NCBI GenBank assembly: GCA_046563655.1
Contig: CM102290.1
Location: forward strand, 3,162,001-3,226,000
Length of the DNA: 64,000 nt
From: Yuukianura sp. NJ FZ-2021
Taxonomy: Eukaryota
Direction of reading: 5' to 3'
The notes under the pieces: generated by a model
The model's database searches: none
What the model saw: the letters and a program-made list of their open reading frames with translations, nothing else
What the model was told of the DNA's origin: nothing
Shown here: one piece after another, positions 33,029 to 46,600 of the stretch
Layout: each line of letters starts with the position of its first letter
Numbering within the stretch: the stretch's first letter is position 1
Made by a program: the position numbers and the translations under genes

Positions 33029-36000
33029 TCACTTGGTGCGACGCAAAGTCGTTCGACTAATGACTTTCTTTTGGTGTCTTAACTGTGGAAAGAGTTTGCC
33101 ACTTTGTTTGAGTGCTGAGGCAGCAGCACACATCTCTGCATCTTGGATACTGTGACCTGTTTGACAAAATTAACAAAACATTAAGAAAATTAGTAAGCAC
33201 AAATGCACAATTTTCTTAGTTTTTTTTTAAATTAAAGTTTAAAGTTCAAGTTTACCTCCGCCACAGGCAAGACGTTTCCCTCTGAAATAAACTGCTACAA
33301 TGTAAATGCGAGTGTTCGTAGGTCCGAGTGATTCGATGACCTTGTAAACAGGAATGTCCGGCTCACGACCATTCATGGCTCGGAGAGTAAGGCAACACTG
33401 TTGAAGTTTTGACTTTGGATCGTTCCATTCCTGACTCACAATGGAGTTTGTCAGTCTGAAAAACCCAACAGAATCGAATGTAAGTTACATTTTTTCAATA
33501 ATGAGTTACTTCAGTGTTATACTTTACCGTGGAATGAAACAGACTCTACAAAATGCAACGCAGGGAGCAAGACCTTGGTCCACGTATAGAGCTCCCAAAA
33601 ATGCTTCCAAGAGATCAGCTCTGTCCTTTGTCTTCAATTCTCCTCTGGGATCGGACCTCATCACGTACTTGGCCATACCCAATTCATCACACACGAGCGA
33701 CTGAGTACGGTTGTTTACCAGTGAACTTCTTAGAAGCTGAAATTCGACGTTTGGTATCATTTAGCATAAAATCCTCATAAAATTAGTACTTTTTTCGTTT
33801 AGATGAACTTACAGACAAATGTCCTTCGTGATGATCTGGAAAGAACCTGTAGAGATACTCAGAAGCAATGAGCTGCAGAACAGTATCACCCAAGAACTCC
33901 AATCGCTGATTTGAACCACTGGAATCATAAAACTAAACATTATCCTTGCAATGTCATAGACCGTATGAACTATGAATCGTGACTTACCAAGTCAGGTTTG
34001 TATATCCCAAACTTCTGTCAGTAAGAGCCCTTGCTAACAGTCTTAAATGCTTGAACCGAACCCCGATCGCTTCTTCAAACTCCTCGAGATTCTTGAGGAT
34101 GGGATGTGTTGTGACCCAGTGACGATCACCTTGTGGCTCTTGTCTTTGCAAGGGATGCTTCGGGTAATTTATCCAGCGATTCAGCAGTTCCTCGTCGTCG
34201 TGAAACAAAGTATTAGCAAAGATCTTGTCCGCTATCTTCAAAAAATGAAAAAAAAACTTGAATTTTAAAACATGGCCTTAAATTAAAACTTTTTAACTTA
34301 AACTTAAACTTAAATTAAAATTAAAACCAATAGTACTATTTATAGCAACCTAACCTGAAAAAAAAAACAGATGAGTTTTACTACTGAGCGTTCAGCGAAA
34401 AAATCGAACGTTTTTGCAAAATCTCAAGGCACCCCAACAGTTCGAACAATTTCGACTGAGGTTTGGGGCAACGTGAGATTTTTGTAAAAACGTTCATTTT
34501 TTTCGTTGAACGCTCAGCAGAAAAACTCCACTGTTTTTTTCAGGTTAGGCTGCTATGAATAGTGAACAATTATTGTGCTAGTACTACCTCTATGCCTCCG
34601 TCAAGGAATATTGCCCCAAGCAGTGCTTCGAAACAGTTTGCCATAGCGTGACGCAGTTCAGAGTCATGACACAAGTCACTTCCATGGGCATACAGCATAA
34701 ACTGATCCAACTGCAATCCCTGTAAAACTCATTCTTGTTAGTTTATAGTCTTTAGGTATGTTCGGGCTTGAAAGTAATCAAGTTAACCTTTGCCAGAAGT
34801 GCCAAATGCTGATTTTGTACTATAGCAGCACGGTAAGTAGCTAAGCCCCCTTCTTCTAGGTCTGGAAATAAGTGGAACAAGTGAATAGAAGTGATGAACT
34901 CCACTACTGCGTCTCCCAGAAACTCCAGTCGCTCGTTATGCGTTATGCCGGATTCGGTTTCTTCTGATTCTCCGAACCTGGAATAATGAATTTTTACCTG
35001 GAATCAGCGTTTTGCGATAACACAAAAGAAATACTGTTGGCGATTCCAGGTCGTAAACTTACTTTGACATGATGGAGATCAAAGTGTTGATTCCCCTCTT
35101 CCGAGTGGTATCGTAGTGAATCATCCTGTCGCCATATTCCGGTTGACGAATTCCACAATTCGTGATTGCATTTCTTGCGTGATCAGGATTCGTTCCAAAG
35201 TTTTCTCTGTACGAAGGATGAGTCAAGGCCAACTGGAGTAAATACCGCGTTTTGAATTCGTAGCACAACTTTTCTTCCAGCGTCGACAGCCCACGATGGA
35301 ATCGGAGGTGACCAATCAACACCGGTATCAGCATTGCATGCTACAAAAATTGCAATACCATAAACTAATAAGAATAAGAATAATGCCATAATAATACTAT
35401 GTATATTACCTGAACTACATCACAGCAAAGTCCAGTTGTACGAAACCCTTTAGAAGAAACAGCAACAGTCACGTCTCGTTTCATTGAAGACTTTGTTCTC
35501 ATCTCCTGCAACTTGATTTCCTTGGCGACTAACTTCCTACGATCTTCTGCACTGGGTTTAGGCATGTTGGATAAAAGGTGACGGTACTTCACATAACGCC
35601 GCCAGCATCTTTGATACTCTGCATTGCCTGCGTATGACAGTTGAGGAGGACGAATTCCAAAATGAACAATAACTGGAAACGGAACAGCACCCTTCCCATC
35701 TGTGGAGAAAAACAATTTATAATGTAAAAATTCAATGTTAAATGTCAATTTAGAATGTCAAAAATGTTACTCAATAGGAATAGGACATACCATGTTCTTC
35801 GTCGTCAACTTCTCGATCAATCTGATCCACTCTTAGTGCTGCCGGTTTCATGCCCCATTTGGACACAATCGTTCCTTTGTGAGCATCAGCTATCGCCTGC
35901 CACTTCTTATTGTCCATACTGTGGAAGTTCTGCAGTTCCTCCTCCGGCAGAATATCTTTATCGTTCTTGATCAGATGTAAAAGTACCTACAATTTTAAAA

Positions 36001-38437
36001 ACAAAGTTTTGAAAATCGAGATTACTGTTAGTATATGAAACGTAGGAATGACTTACCCTTATAACAGGAAGCAGCTCTTTTCCATTTTCAGGAAGATTTC
36101 GACCAAACCTTGGGAAGATGTGATAATTCGGACAACAATTTTCCGATTCATCTGATCCAAACTTTAAATCCACAAGTTCCAAAAGCTCCGTAAACAAATA
36201 CCTGGACAAAATGTCTAACTCAGCTACACAAAAAGAATCGAGTGGTTTCTCTTCGACGACACTGATGTCATATCGAATATTGAAACGGATAACTGAACAC
36301 GGTGGTAAATCTCTCAACGTCACCTTGTAGTGTGAAAGGAGCGAGAATCCTTCAAACTTGTACTCATGTCCATCATGGAAAATTACCGTTGGCTTGTCGA
36401 CTATGAAGTTCTTGAGTGGACTCACGGTGATTTTGTAGTGGTACAAAGTTGAAGGATTATTGCTGAATTTGTTGCAAGGTGGAAATGGGGTTTCTCCTGG
36501 ATAAAACCCATGCCTAATACCGAATCGTCGAGCTTTTGGGCTGCAGCGACATACTGGACCATCATTCATAAGTCCCGGATCATTGTGCCAAAGTTCTTTG
36601 TGAAGCCGTCGAGGATGAAGAGTGCGGCGCTGGAGCTCTTGATTGGCTTTATCTGTTCGATTCATTGGTTTAGCTTCATCTTCAGAACTGGAGGAATCGC
36701 TTGAATCAGAACTAGAGCTTGAACTGTCTCCAGAGTCTGAATTTGGACACGATCCCGACGGTTTCCTTTCTCTTTCTGTACTGCTACTTTGAATCAGTTC
36801 TGTCATTTTCTCGGCACCAACCTTCTCGGCTTCAAGTCGTAAAGCCATAGCACGATTCACAAGGTTGGTCTCAAACTTGGAGATGATTTTGGTAGCACGG
36901 ATAGTCGCTAAGCTCTCTCTAAGAATAGAAACTTTAATTAAAACTTCTGAAAGAGACAAAATAGAAGGTTAAAATACTGAAAAGCGATGTGTACCCGCCA
37001 GTTCCTTTATCGTAGTATAGGTCATCAGGAGCACATCGAAACCAAGGATCAACTTCCTCTTCGTCACCACTATTTCCATTTTCGTTGGTGTCACGCCGCA
37101 TATTGAAAGCCAATGCATATTCAGTTTCTCCATTAGAAAGAGTATGACGCGGCATATCTTCAGAGTGCGATTTAGGAAGTGATGGTTGTGGTAGCGGCAC
37201 ATGTGGAGACGTAGGCAACTGTGGTGGTTCTGGACGGGAATTGAGAACATGACTGGTCGTATTCGTATATCCTGCGTTCAGAGAGTTGTTTCATATTCAA
37301 TGCCATATTAAATTGCTTTACAGGATTCAGAATTCATGACGACACGAGTCCAGCAATCAATTTAGATATAGCATTGACAGGCTCAAAGTTGAGACGTCCA
37401 GCGACGGAACTTCATTTAAGAAGTGTATCATAGGCGTGGGACCAAATTTTAAACGTTCACTCGTTTGCAGAACAAGCCTATAAAAAAGTTAAGCTAATGC
37501 ATACCAGCCGGATGAATGTTATTCTGGTTTGAGCAATCTGCCGGCGCTGTCGCAGGCCATGAGGTCATGTCATTTAATACAACCGGATGGTCGCCGTGAT
37601 CAAATTGACAAAGCTCGCCGCGTAGGCAAATACCCTTCTCTGAAGATAAATATAGTGAATCAAATTCAAACATAAACGAGGCAGGGATTTTTCATACTCA
37701 GAATTCGTAGGGTACCGTAAAACTCCTTGCAACGTATAGTCCCATTCCTACTATTTCCTGAGTTAGGTGAGGGGATTCCCGGCGCTGGTGCTGGAAAGGA
37801 ATTATTGATCACACAGTACAAAGGGAGAGTCATAGAGTAATCGTACCTACCATGGACTTGTTTGGGAGAAGTCAACGTCGTAGAAGGCGTTTGACTTCTT
37901 TTTCGAACACGAGGTCTGGAACCTGATCTAGAGCGACGTCGTTTTAGCCTCAGATCTCTACGACTACCATTCGTGTTTCTTGGTGGAGGCGAGCGAGAAC
38001 GACCTCGTCGATGATGTGGAGGCAGTGGTGACCTGCGATTAAAACTAGATTATATCCTTATGTTAAGCGTTTTAGAAGTAGTAAGATCTTTTGTTGATGC
38101 ATTTCGTACCGTAAGGCTCTATCTGAAACGCGAGATCTAGTTGGCGAACGTGAATAATTCCGCGAGGCCCTTCCACGGATATCGGATCTTGACGTTGAGC
38201 GGGAGTGATTGCGTGTTCTTTCTTCACCTTCATGTCTTCTGGGCGGATGATAATGAGATCTCGGTGTCGTCGAAGAAGTATTACGACGCTAAAAGAAAAA
38301 CGGATGAATTAGTAACTACGATTACTTACAAAAGAAAGAAACAAATTACTCACCTGAGTGAATGCATCAGAAGATGTCGAATTGGGTCGAGATCTTCCAT
38401 TGTTCCTGCCGTTATTACGAAGTGAATTTCCACTCAT
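33029..38437 (-). CDS. drosha: Ribonuclease III Drosha (Microprocessor nuclease)
   Basis: RS-rich N-terminus, [37 protein letters not shown] and [21 protein letters not shown]. Two RNase III signatures ([21 protein letters not shown]) and a C-terminal dsRBD ([14 protein letters not shown]...GPTNTRIY). Confidence 0.98.
34335..34563. mobile_element. ~230-bp palindromic MITE-like insertion in a Drosha intron
   Basis: ACTATTTATAGCAACCTAACCTGAAAAA... pairs with ...TTTTTCAGGTTAGGCTGCTATGAATAGT. Imperfect arms of ~100 bp lie inside the intron at ~34237-34588. Confidence 0.75.
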
Positions 38438-39755
38438 TCCACGTCCAATTTCCAGAAACGACACCCAGAGAAGTGGTTACGGACGGAATTGACCTTAAAG
38501 TACCAGTGGATAACAACCGTTAGGTTAGCTGAATTGAGTAAATAATCAATTACTGACGATACTTAAGTTAGATTAGGTTAGAACATACCACCAGTACCAC
38601 CAATTACACATTCTTCTACCTCCTCATGATAGTCAAATCAATTGATTGAGTTCGATTTTTCCATTGTTGTCTTGTCGCTACGGGATAACGGGAACCGTGA
38701 AAAGAACAGGTTCGGGTGCACAAAAAGTTCTTGTCATGTTATATACAGAAACCTCTATAAGAAAGCATACCGAAAATGGGCAGATCCAGAATCTGTTACT
38801 AGGCAACACACACAACCTATTCACACTTACTTTGTGGACAATTTGCAAAAAAAAAACTTTTAGCAATTCGATTGCCGTTTAAACAATTTCTCCCATAAGG
38901 TATTTTATTGTTGTTCAGGCAGAAACTAAATTCTCTAAATGCTTAATATCGTATTCTTAAATTTTGTAATGTTTCTATCAATTTTTCATTCTAACAAGTT
39001 GATTTTTATCAGTGCTTTAGTGCTAACTGTAGCCTGAACCCTCAGTAGTTCTTAGAAACGTAAAGGACTTAGAAAGTAATTATCACAAGTAATTAATTCA
39101 AAGCAGTAAATCGTTCTATAAGAAAGAAGAAAACACGTTAACTTTTAGACCTTGTGAGGACTCACAACAAGGTGAAAAGTTGTGACTTTTTGATATGAAT
39201 AAGCTTTAAGCATCGTTTCAAATCGCCCAGCATTCCCTCATTTAAACAGAAAGTGTAACAATTACAGTGTAACCTGACAACTTACATAATGCTGTCTAAA
39301 GCTTAACAACTTTTTAAGTTAGTTCGGGGAGATCAACATTATGCTTACAACTGACAGTTTAACTTTTACCGGAAAGGGGCCGAACTTTCTCCATAACCAA
39401 AAGCGTAGGCACTGCTGAAGCATCCGTATGGTCAAACAGAAGATATGGATATACGGAGGATGCAAATACTGATCAGTTACTCTGTTCCTAAATAGTAATG
39501 CTTTATAGTCTTGGCGGCAGTACACCGGCGTGTATTTCTATACTTTGTAGTCAACGAAAACCACTGTAATCAGAGCACTAAATAGTAGGCACTCCACAAC
39601 TATTGTTAATTAGTCAACTTCTGAAGTCCTGGATTCTACTAATTAATTTGAATCCAGCTCAGTTCCTAGGTACGATTCCGAGCCGCGCTGTCAAGGAATT
39701 TCACATGGCGCTTGGGATTTTGTTACAAAACAAACTATGGGTTGATATGTCATCG

Positions 39756-42700
39756 TCACTGTTGATTGGAGGAGGGTTCGGCTTGTCCATTCTGTGGCGA
39801 AGTTGGGCCAGAGAGGTCAGCATTACTTGCCAAAGTCAATTTGTTGACCCAAGCGAGTGCTTCCTCTCGCGAGGCTGCGCAAAAGAAAAACGTTTTGCGT
39901 CCATGGGAGTGTGCTAGCCGAAATGAGCGGTCCCGCTCTGCCACTGGAACAGTCAGCGTATCGTTCTTATTCAGTTCATCAGCAAGCTGAACAGACATGC
40001 CGGGAATAGGTGTTGCACAGAGAGCCTAGATTAAACAAAAAATATTTTTTTCAGCAATTTTTTTCTAGTCAAGTAAAAGTGTTGCCAATTTTTAATGCCG
40101 AGGTACCTTATCGTCAGTATGCTTAGCGTATGAATAGAGCACAAAATCAGCACGAAGACAAAAGTATCTAGGAACCCACGTATCCCTTAAAAAAATCACA
40201 ATTATTAATCAATTGTACCAATCTATATTGCAGTACAGTTCCGCACTAAAAACTAGTACTCACTTGGACTGTACCCACTCCTTCCTTCCACGCAAACGCA
40301 AGTTCAAGTAGCCACAGAGTACTGAGGGATCACCAGCAGGAACCTTGGCAGAAAATCACACTCATTATTAATTTTCAGCACTCACTCTATTGAAAAATAT
40401 CTAAAATACTGGAATGAATTAACTTACATCTAAAATGCCATGAACCCTGTCCATGGAGTCATCTGGCGAGGACAATCCAGAGTCGTTGAGACTCTTCCGT
40501 TTCTCAGCCTCTTTTCCTTGTAGAATAATTTTGCACGGGTCACACACTCTACTCAGCTTTCCATTGGCGTACTGAAGTGGAAGCTTGGAATTGGAACATT
40601 TGGCACAAACAACCTGAACAATTAGCAAAAAAAAATTAAGCGAAATTCTTTTCAGACAAAAAATGACTTATAAAACTTACAATCCCACATGCATGACAGT
40701 GGTGTTTCCTTCTTTTCAGCATCGTGAAAGTTATGTCGCACAGCATACACTTGAGCTGAATGTCTTTTTTGATTTTTGCTGGTTCCGTTTGACCCAAGTC
40801 ATGAATAAAATCATCACTGAGGCGTAAAGACGACTTCCGTTCCATTAAATCCATTTTGGCTTTGTAGATTGCCTCCATCCAGTCTCGCTTTTCATCTTCT
40901 CGGCTGTAAATGTTCAAAATCACGTTTATTTACTCATTCAGTACTTGCATCAGCGACAGTCAGACTCACTCTGTGAAGAGTTCAATGCGTCTCTTGGCGT
41001 CTTCAATGTAGAATGTATTCATGATTTCAAGATCATCTCCTTGATAGACGGAAATTTCAGCTATGTCCAACTTGGCTCTCAGTTGATACTTTTGACCAGA
41101 CAAATAGGTACTTCTCAATGAACAGAGGAGGATCATATCACTCAGCTACAAATAACAAAAATCTATGTGAAGGTATCCACAAAAAATGCAATTCTTTTTA
41201 CATGTATGGACTTACAAGGAACAGATATCGAACTGAAGACTCCGACGTTCTGGCAGAAATTTTGTTAATTTTCCCTTCCTTGATCATTACTCGAGTGGGA
41301 CTAACTAGATCCATCAACCCTCGAATCTGCTCTTGAGCTTCCAGTAGTTTCTTGAACGAAACTATTCTTCTCATTGCCTCGTTTGCATGTTCCGCTGCTT
41401 TTGAAACGATGTTAAGGGCTTCTGTATAACGAAAAGTCAAATGAAAAACTAAACATTATTTAAAAGCTGCGTGACCCAGAGACTCACGTTCCGTATCCTT
41501 CTTGTCATTGGATTCGTTTGATAATCGTTTCAGATAGGCTTCCAAAAGCAGCCGATACCTTGGAATGCGTTGAATAGGGGCAATAAGATGATGTTGCAGA
41601 GGAAGATTCTGACATTCCGGCATACTCTACAATACAAATTCAAAATTAAAACAAGTTGTTGGATTCATTCTGAATTTGATTTGACTTTACTTGGATCTCG
41701 TTGATGACATTTGCAAAGCGAACGTTCTTGTCTCGGTAGTAGTTGATCAAGTTGAGAGAATTGTCGAAATTTTGAACATACTCGGAGTACATCTTCAAAA
41801 ATGGCGAGAATTCCACCATGATATCCCCTGAAACAAAAAATGAAGAACAAGGTTCAGTTTTGTGACCAAAATAGAGACGGTGGTTACACTGGATGCAATT
41901 TATTTTTACGTTAACCGAAAAACAAAATTATTTTAACGCCATACCAATTCTAGGGTCATCGTTCCATCTTTCCAGTCTCTCTTCCAATCTCGGGAGCAAA
42001 TGATCATGGTGAAGAGTGTAAATGGACTTGATGTTACAGAAAATCTGGTTCAGTGTCTCCAGGGGAAAGATGGGTTGAACTCTGTTCTCTTGGGCAACTC
42101 GAAAGTGAAATATCTGATCAATTAGGTGAAGAATACGGACGTATGTTCGCTCAGTCTCAACCAGTTCTTGAGCCACTTTGAATGCTTTCTGAGTGTTCTC
42201 TGGAGATGATGGAGCTTGATGTTCGACAAAGTTTACATTATCCTCTTCCCTGCATTTGCACATGACATTATCATATTATAATATTGAAATATTGAATTGA
42301 GTAATCCCCAAGTATATTTAAAGTTTAGGACTCTTACAGGGGCTCAATGTCCCGAACATCTAGTTCCGAAGGAGCAACAGAACTGGCAGTATCATCCTCA
42401 GACGGAGCTGAAGGCTTGTCCAGAAGGGCCAACCGGGGTTTGCTCTTCAGAGCCGGCTTCTCCTTAAATCCTATGGTTCTCTTCATAAGAAAATCGTCAT
42501 CTTCGTCATCAGATTCCTCTGATTCTGATGGTCCATAGCTTTGACGTAGAAAAACTCGGTCTTGGTAGGCAGCGGCTCTGCAAAGAATGAAACACCGTTA
42601 AAACTTAACAAATATTCTAGTGAACTCTGAGTTTATTATAATAACTTACCTGAAAGAACCATTAGACGACGATTCAAAAATATGCTGAGACTGGGAAGCA

Positions 42701-43669
42701 CTGAATTGAATTTGCGTCCTTGTTTTCAAGTCTGAAGACAAATCCCAAGTTTTTCTATTGTTTTTGAGTAGTTCACTTTCGAATGGAAAGTTATTATCAG
42801 TCCACAGAGGACCTTCAAAATTTCTGAATGTAAATGGAGTTCGTCGGGGTGACAATGGAAGAGCTGGAGGACTATTTCTCCTTGTAGTCAGCGCAGTTAC
42901 TTCTCCATTTGGTCCAATTTCTTCTACTTGTACTTGACCTGGTTCGTTGTCATTATTAAATCCACCAATAGACGTTGGAAATCCAGAATTGGACGAGTAG
43001 CTTCTCGTGACTCCAGTGGTCGAAGAATTGGCAATTAGTATTTTCTTCTTGGTAGCTGTTGCTGAAATCTTTTGGTTTCCATTCAATAGTCCTTCTTGTC
43101 GTAACTTTTCTTCTAACCACGGTGGGATTTGTTGATTGTCGTTACTACTGCCAGTCACTGTAGCCTGGATAGTAGCAGATCTTGAATCTGCAAATACTTT
43201 CGTATTCTCTCCCATATTTCTCGTTTGTCCCTGCATGATTGTCATACCACTGTCCATCCGTCCCAGTCCTCCTCCATTTGTTGAGAACATTTCACTGCTT
43301 CCTCCACTATTCATAAATTGTGACATGGCCTCAAAATTCCTAGCGGAAAAGTTTTCGGCACTCATCTGCATTTTCTTTCTCATGAGGTCAGCCAAATCGT
43401 CTTGTCTGTTGGGATCCATTTTCATCATCAGGGGGAAATCCTCTACCTATACAAACAATAAAATTGGAAATACCCGATTATCTCTTTTGCTAATACAACA
43501 ATAGTATCAGTGTAATTTAACGCTAGTTTTAACTTACATTCGAAGAATTAGCAGAAGAAGTTAGTCGGATTTCGCTTTGTAGAACCCGTGTAGTCTGATG
43601 ACTAATACTATGGTTTTGTTGGCGTTCTAACTTCCACGTTGTGCCGAGACTGCCACTGCTTCCATCCAT
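39756..43669 (-). CDS. FGD/Frabin-family Cdc42 GEF (DH-PH-FYVE-PH)
   Basis: DH domain (KVAQELVETERTYVRILHLI, PFLKMYSEYV, LQHHLIAPIQRIPRY), PH (MIKEGKINKISAR), FYVE (RRKHHCHACG...VCDPC) and a second PH. ATG at 43669 has an upstream in-frame stop. An alternative first exon is possible. Confidence 0.93.
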
Positions 43670-46600
43670 ATCTTATTCTGAACACAGCTTCCGACTAGAT
43701 CCGCCAAGTTTGTTCTGTGTGCCAAAAAATAAATTCAATTAAAAATCCGGGAGTAGTATAACGAATTCTGTTTTTCTGCATTGTAATAAAAGCTAAAGAA
43801 AATCCCCGAGTCTCGAATTCAATAACTATTATACAAGTCTATACCTCATTGTGTTCTCCCGTTTTACCAAAATCAGGCCAACACGGTGACAGACACATCG
43901 CAATTATTGCCAAGATGCACCTAATAACACCTCTTCTTACGAGTGCCAAAAACAACACCAAATAAATGCCCGTGTTATTTTTTTATAGTATTGCGAATTA
44001 GAAAAACCGAAAAAATCCAGAACCCTATTAGTCATGCAGTACACGTAGAGAGTGTCAAGTCACGCTTCACTCCGTTAGCAATGAATTTCAAAACTGAATG
44101 ATTTACAACTTAAATCTTAGTTAGTGACTTATTTACGTAAAGACTAAAACCAAGAATGCATTTTTCCTGTCATACATGACCCAAAAACTTCTACCTCTCC
44201 GAACCAGTTTAAATAATGTTTGGCCCAATTTAAAAAAAATGTTAAAGTGAATTACTGGTTTTATAAATTGAATTATAAATTTTAAGAGCTTGTTTCAATA
44301 GAATTGGTATAAAAATTGTACCTTGTTGAACTACGTTTGTTCCGAATGTCGAAATGTATCGTCAACAGTAATTTGCGAAATGTATTTACACACGCGATGT
44401 CGGTACTGCCAAAAGAGTTTGCTCTTTTAGATCAAAATAGACCAAAGGTCAAAAACTTATCAAAACAAATTAAATTAAGTTTCACTTAAGACTTGAAACC
44501 ACACGACAATGAGTCAGTCGCCTACAAAAACTGTAGATGATTGATAAAACTGAACAGGAAATTCGGAGTCACTTTTAATTCAGACGTTAATCTACCCTCA
44601 AAAACTGGATTAACTCACTGCCCCTTCAGTAACGAACAACTTCAACTGCAACAGTGCAATACCAAAAAAATTGACAAAGTTAAAGTTAATCCCACTTGCA
44701 CAATTTGAGTTCTAAAATCAGTTTCTACGAATTCTGGTTTCTATGACGGTCCCTCGTGTTATGAGGTCGTAGTGGGAGCTTACTTGTCAAGAGGGACCAC
44801 ACGACAAGTAGTTCATCCAAACAGATAAATGAAGTTAGTAAAGTTGTGACCGCAACTTAACCACTTTGAATTTTTAGTAATGTCAATTAATTGGGATTTT
44901 GAGGGCGTATAGGCTCAGTGGAGCCTGAAACGTCCACAAGGAACTAAAAAAACGGTATACCGCAGTAGCAAAAGTAGCAGGACTGTGGGAACTAGCTTAA
45001 CTCTGGGGCCGTAGTACTGATTAATAGTTATTTCCCCTTTGTGTCCATGAGTCAAGGCTGACTGGTTTTAAAAGTGCCTTGCCTCAGTCTGTGCATGATG
45101 AAGATCATAATGGTATGTACAGTGATGAAGATCAACAGGAATGGAGGGGTTACACGCCTCAAAAAAATATTACTGAGACAGTGTTTGTGAATTAGTAATC
45201 GGAATCACTCTTCTGGAAATGACGTCAGTGCACAAATGAATTCTGTACACCACAAGTGGTCCATATTTCTCAACAAATAGTGCATAAGATCACAATAAGT
45301 TTCTAAAAAAAAAGTCAGTGTGGGAAGGAAAGGCGTCAAAAAATCCATGTCAATTCAGCAAGACATGAGATGCTCTAACCTATCTTTAAGCTGTGTGGCT
45401 TCCTTAACACCTACACTTAAAATGTCACTTACAAATTACACAACTCCATAAATAACAAATTACTACAACTACCTGCTAATCATAGACAAAAGAAAAATAA
45501 CCATTGTTCCTCATCCCTAAGATCTTATTTTGGCATTCACTTGTGACCATGACCTTGACATTCATCAAATATCCAAACCACCAGTTCCGTTCCGTACCCC
45601 AACATCATACGCTCTTATAGCCCTAATTCCATTTGATTTATGAAATGAAAATGAAAACTTGTAATTAAGTCCTTGACCTTAACGTCTAACGTGCGTGTCT
45701 GATATTGCATTTTCACCTACAGATTAATAGGTTTGATACAGACATTGCAATTGTTAAGGTCAATGACAGATCTCATCACGACGCTAGTACAAAGCTCACG
45801 CTATCACGTATCTTTTGTTGCATCGGTTATTGTTATTAAACCAAGGTTAATAATTAATAAAGTAATAAAAATTATTAACTAATATTACGTACCGAGCTGA
45901 ATACGATCCGTATTGGCTGTAATGTAAAATAAACACTGAGGTAAAATGCGATCGAAAGCACAATAGACAATACCTATCTTTTGAACGTTTTAAAATCTGA
46001 TTCTCTAAAATTCGAATGTGGAGTGATATTTGCAACACAAAATGTTTTTGCAAACTTTGGAATTTGCAAGTCGGGTGCTCCCTTTAGTCTGTCACTGCCA
46101 CTAGTAATCCGAATCTTATCTCTACTGAACTTCACCCTAAATTTGTAAAAACATAAAAAGCACTTAAGTTTTACACGTTTTTAACACGGAAAAGATAATG
46201 GTATCAACCATAGCATCCGCTTTTTCTGCTAAAATCTGCGATAACACCTTAGTGATTTCCTAAAATTCTTCACACTATGGCATTGACATTACTATGAACT
46301 TGCTACACACTAAAAGACATTATGACATTTCATGCCGGAGAATTGGGTACATTATATTAGTATCAAAAATTATGTTTTTGGAAACAATGTTTGTTAGTAT
46401 ACCTGCCCGGAATGTACACAATTGGTTAGACACTTTTCCTGTTAACGTTAATAATGTAAGATGCAAGAACACATGACCTCAGTGATACTTTACGTAACGA
46501 AAAATCTCGAAATTGATCTTGTTCCTTCTGTTCAAAAGAACGTTACTTTAAACAATGTCTGTCAAATCTGAAATGAAGAGTGTTTAAGTTAACTTAAAAG

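Noticed and set aside
29135..38437. Functional RNA-silencing gene cluster (helicase + Drosha, with makorin and ZFC3H1-like nearby)
   Set aside because: Adjacency in a gene-dense eukaryotic genome is not evidence of co-function without conserved synteny data.
45094..45177. C/D snoRNA-like boxes (ATGATGA ... CTGA)
   Set aside because: Antisense to the surrounding FGD locus, weak terminal stem and no evident rRNA guide.
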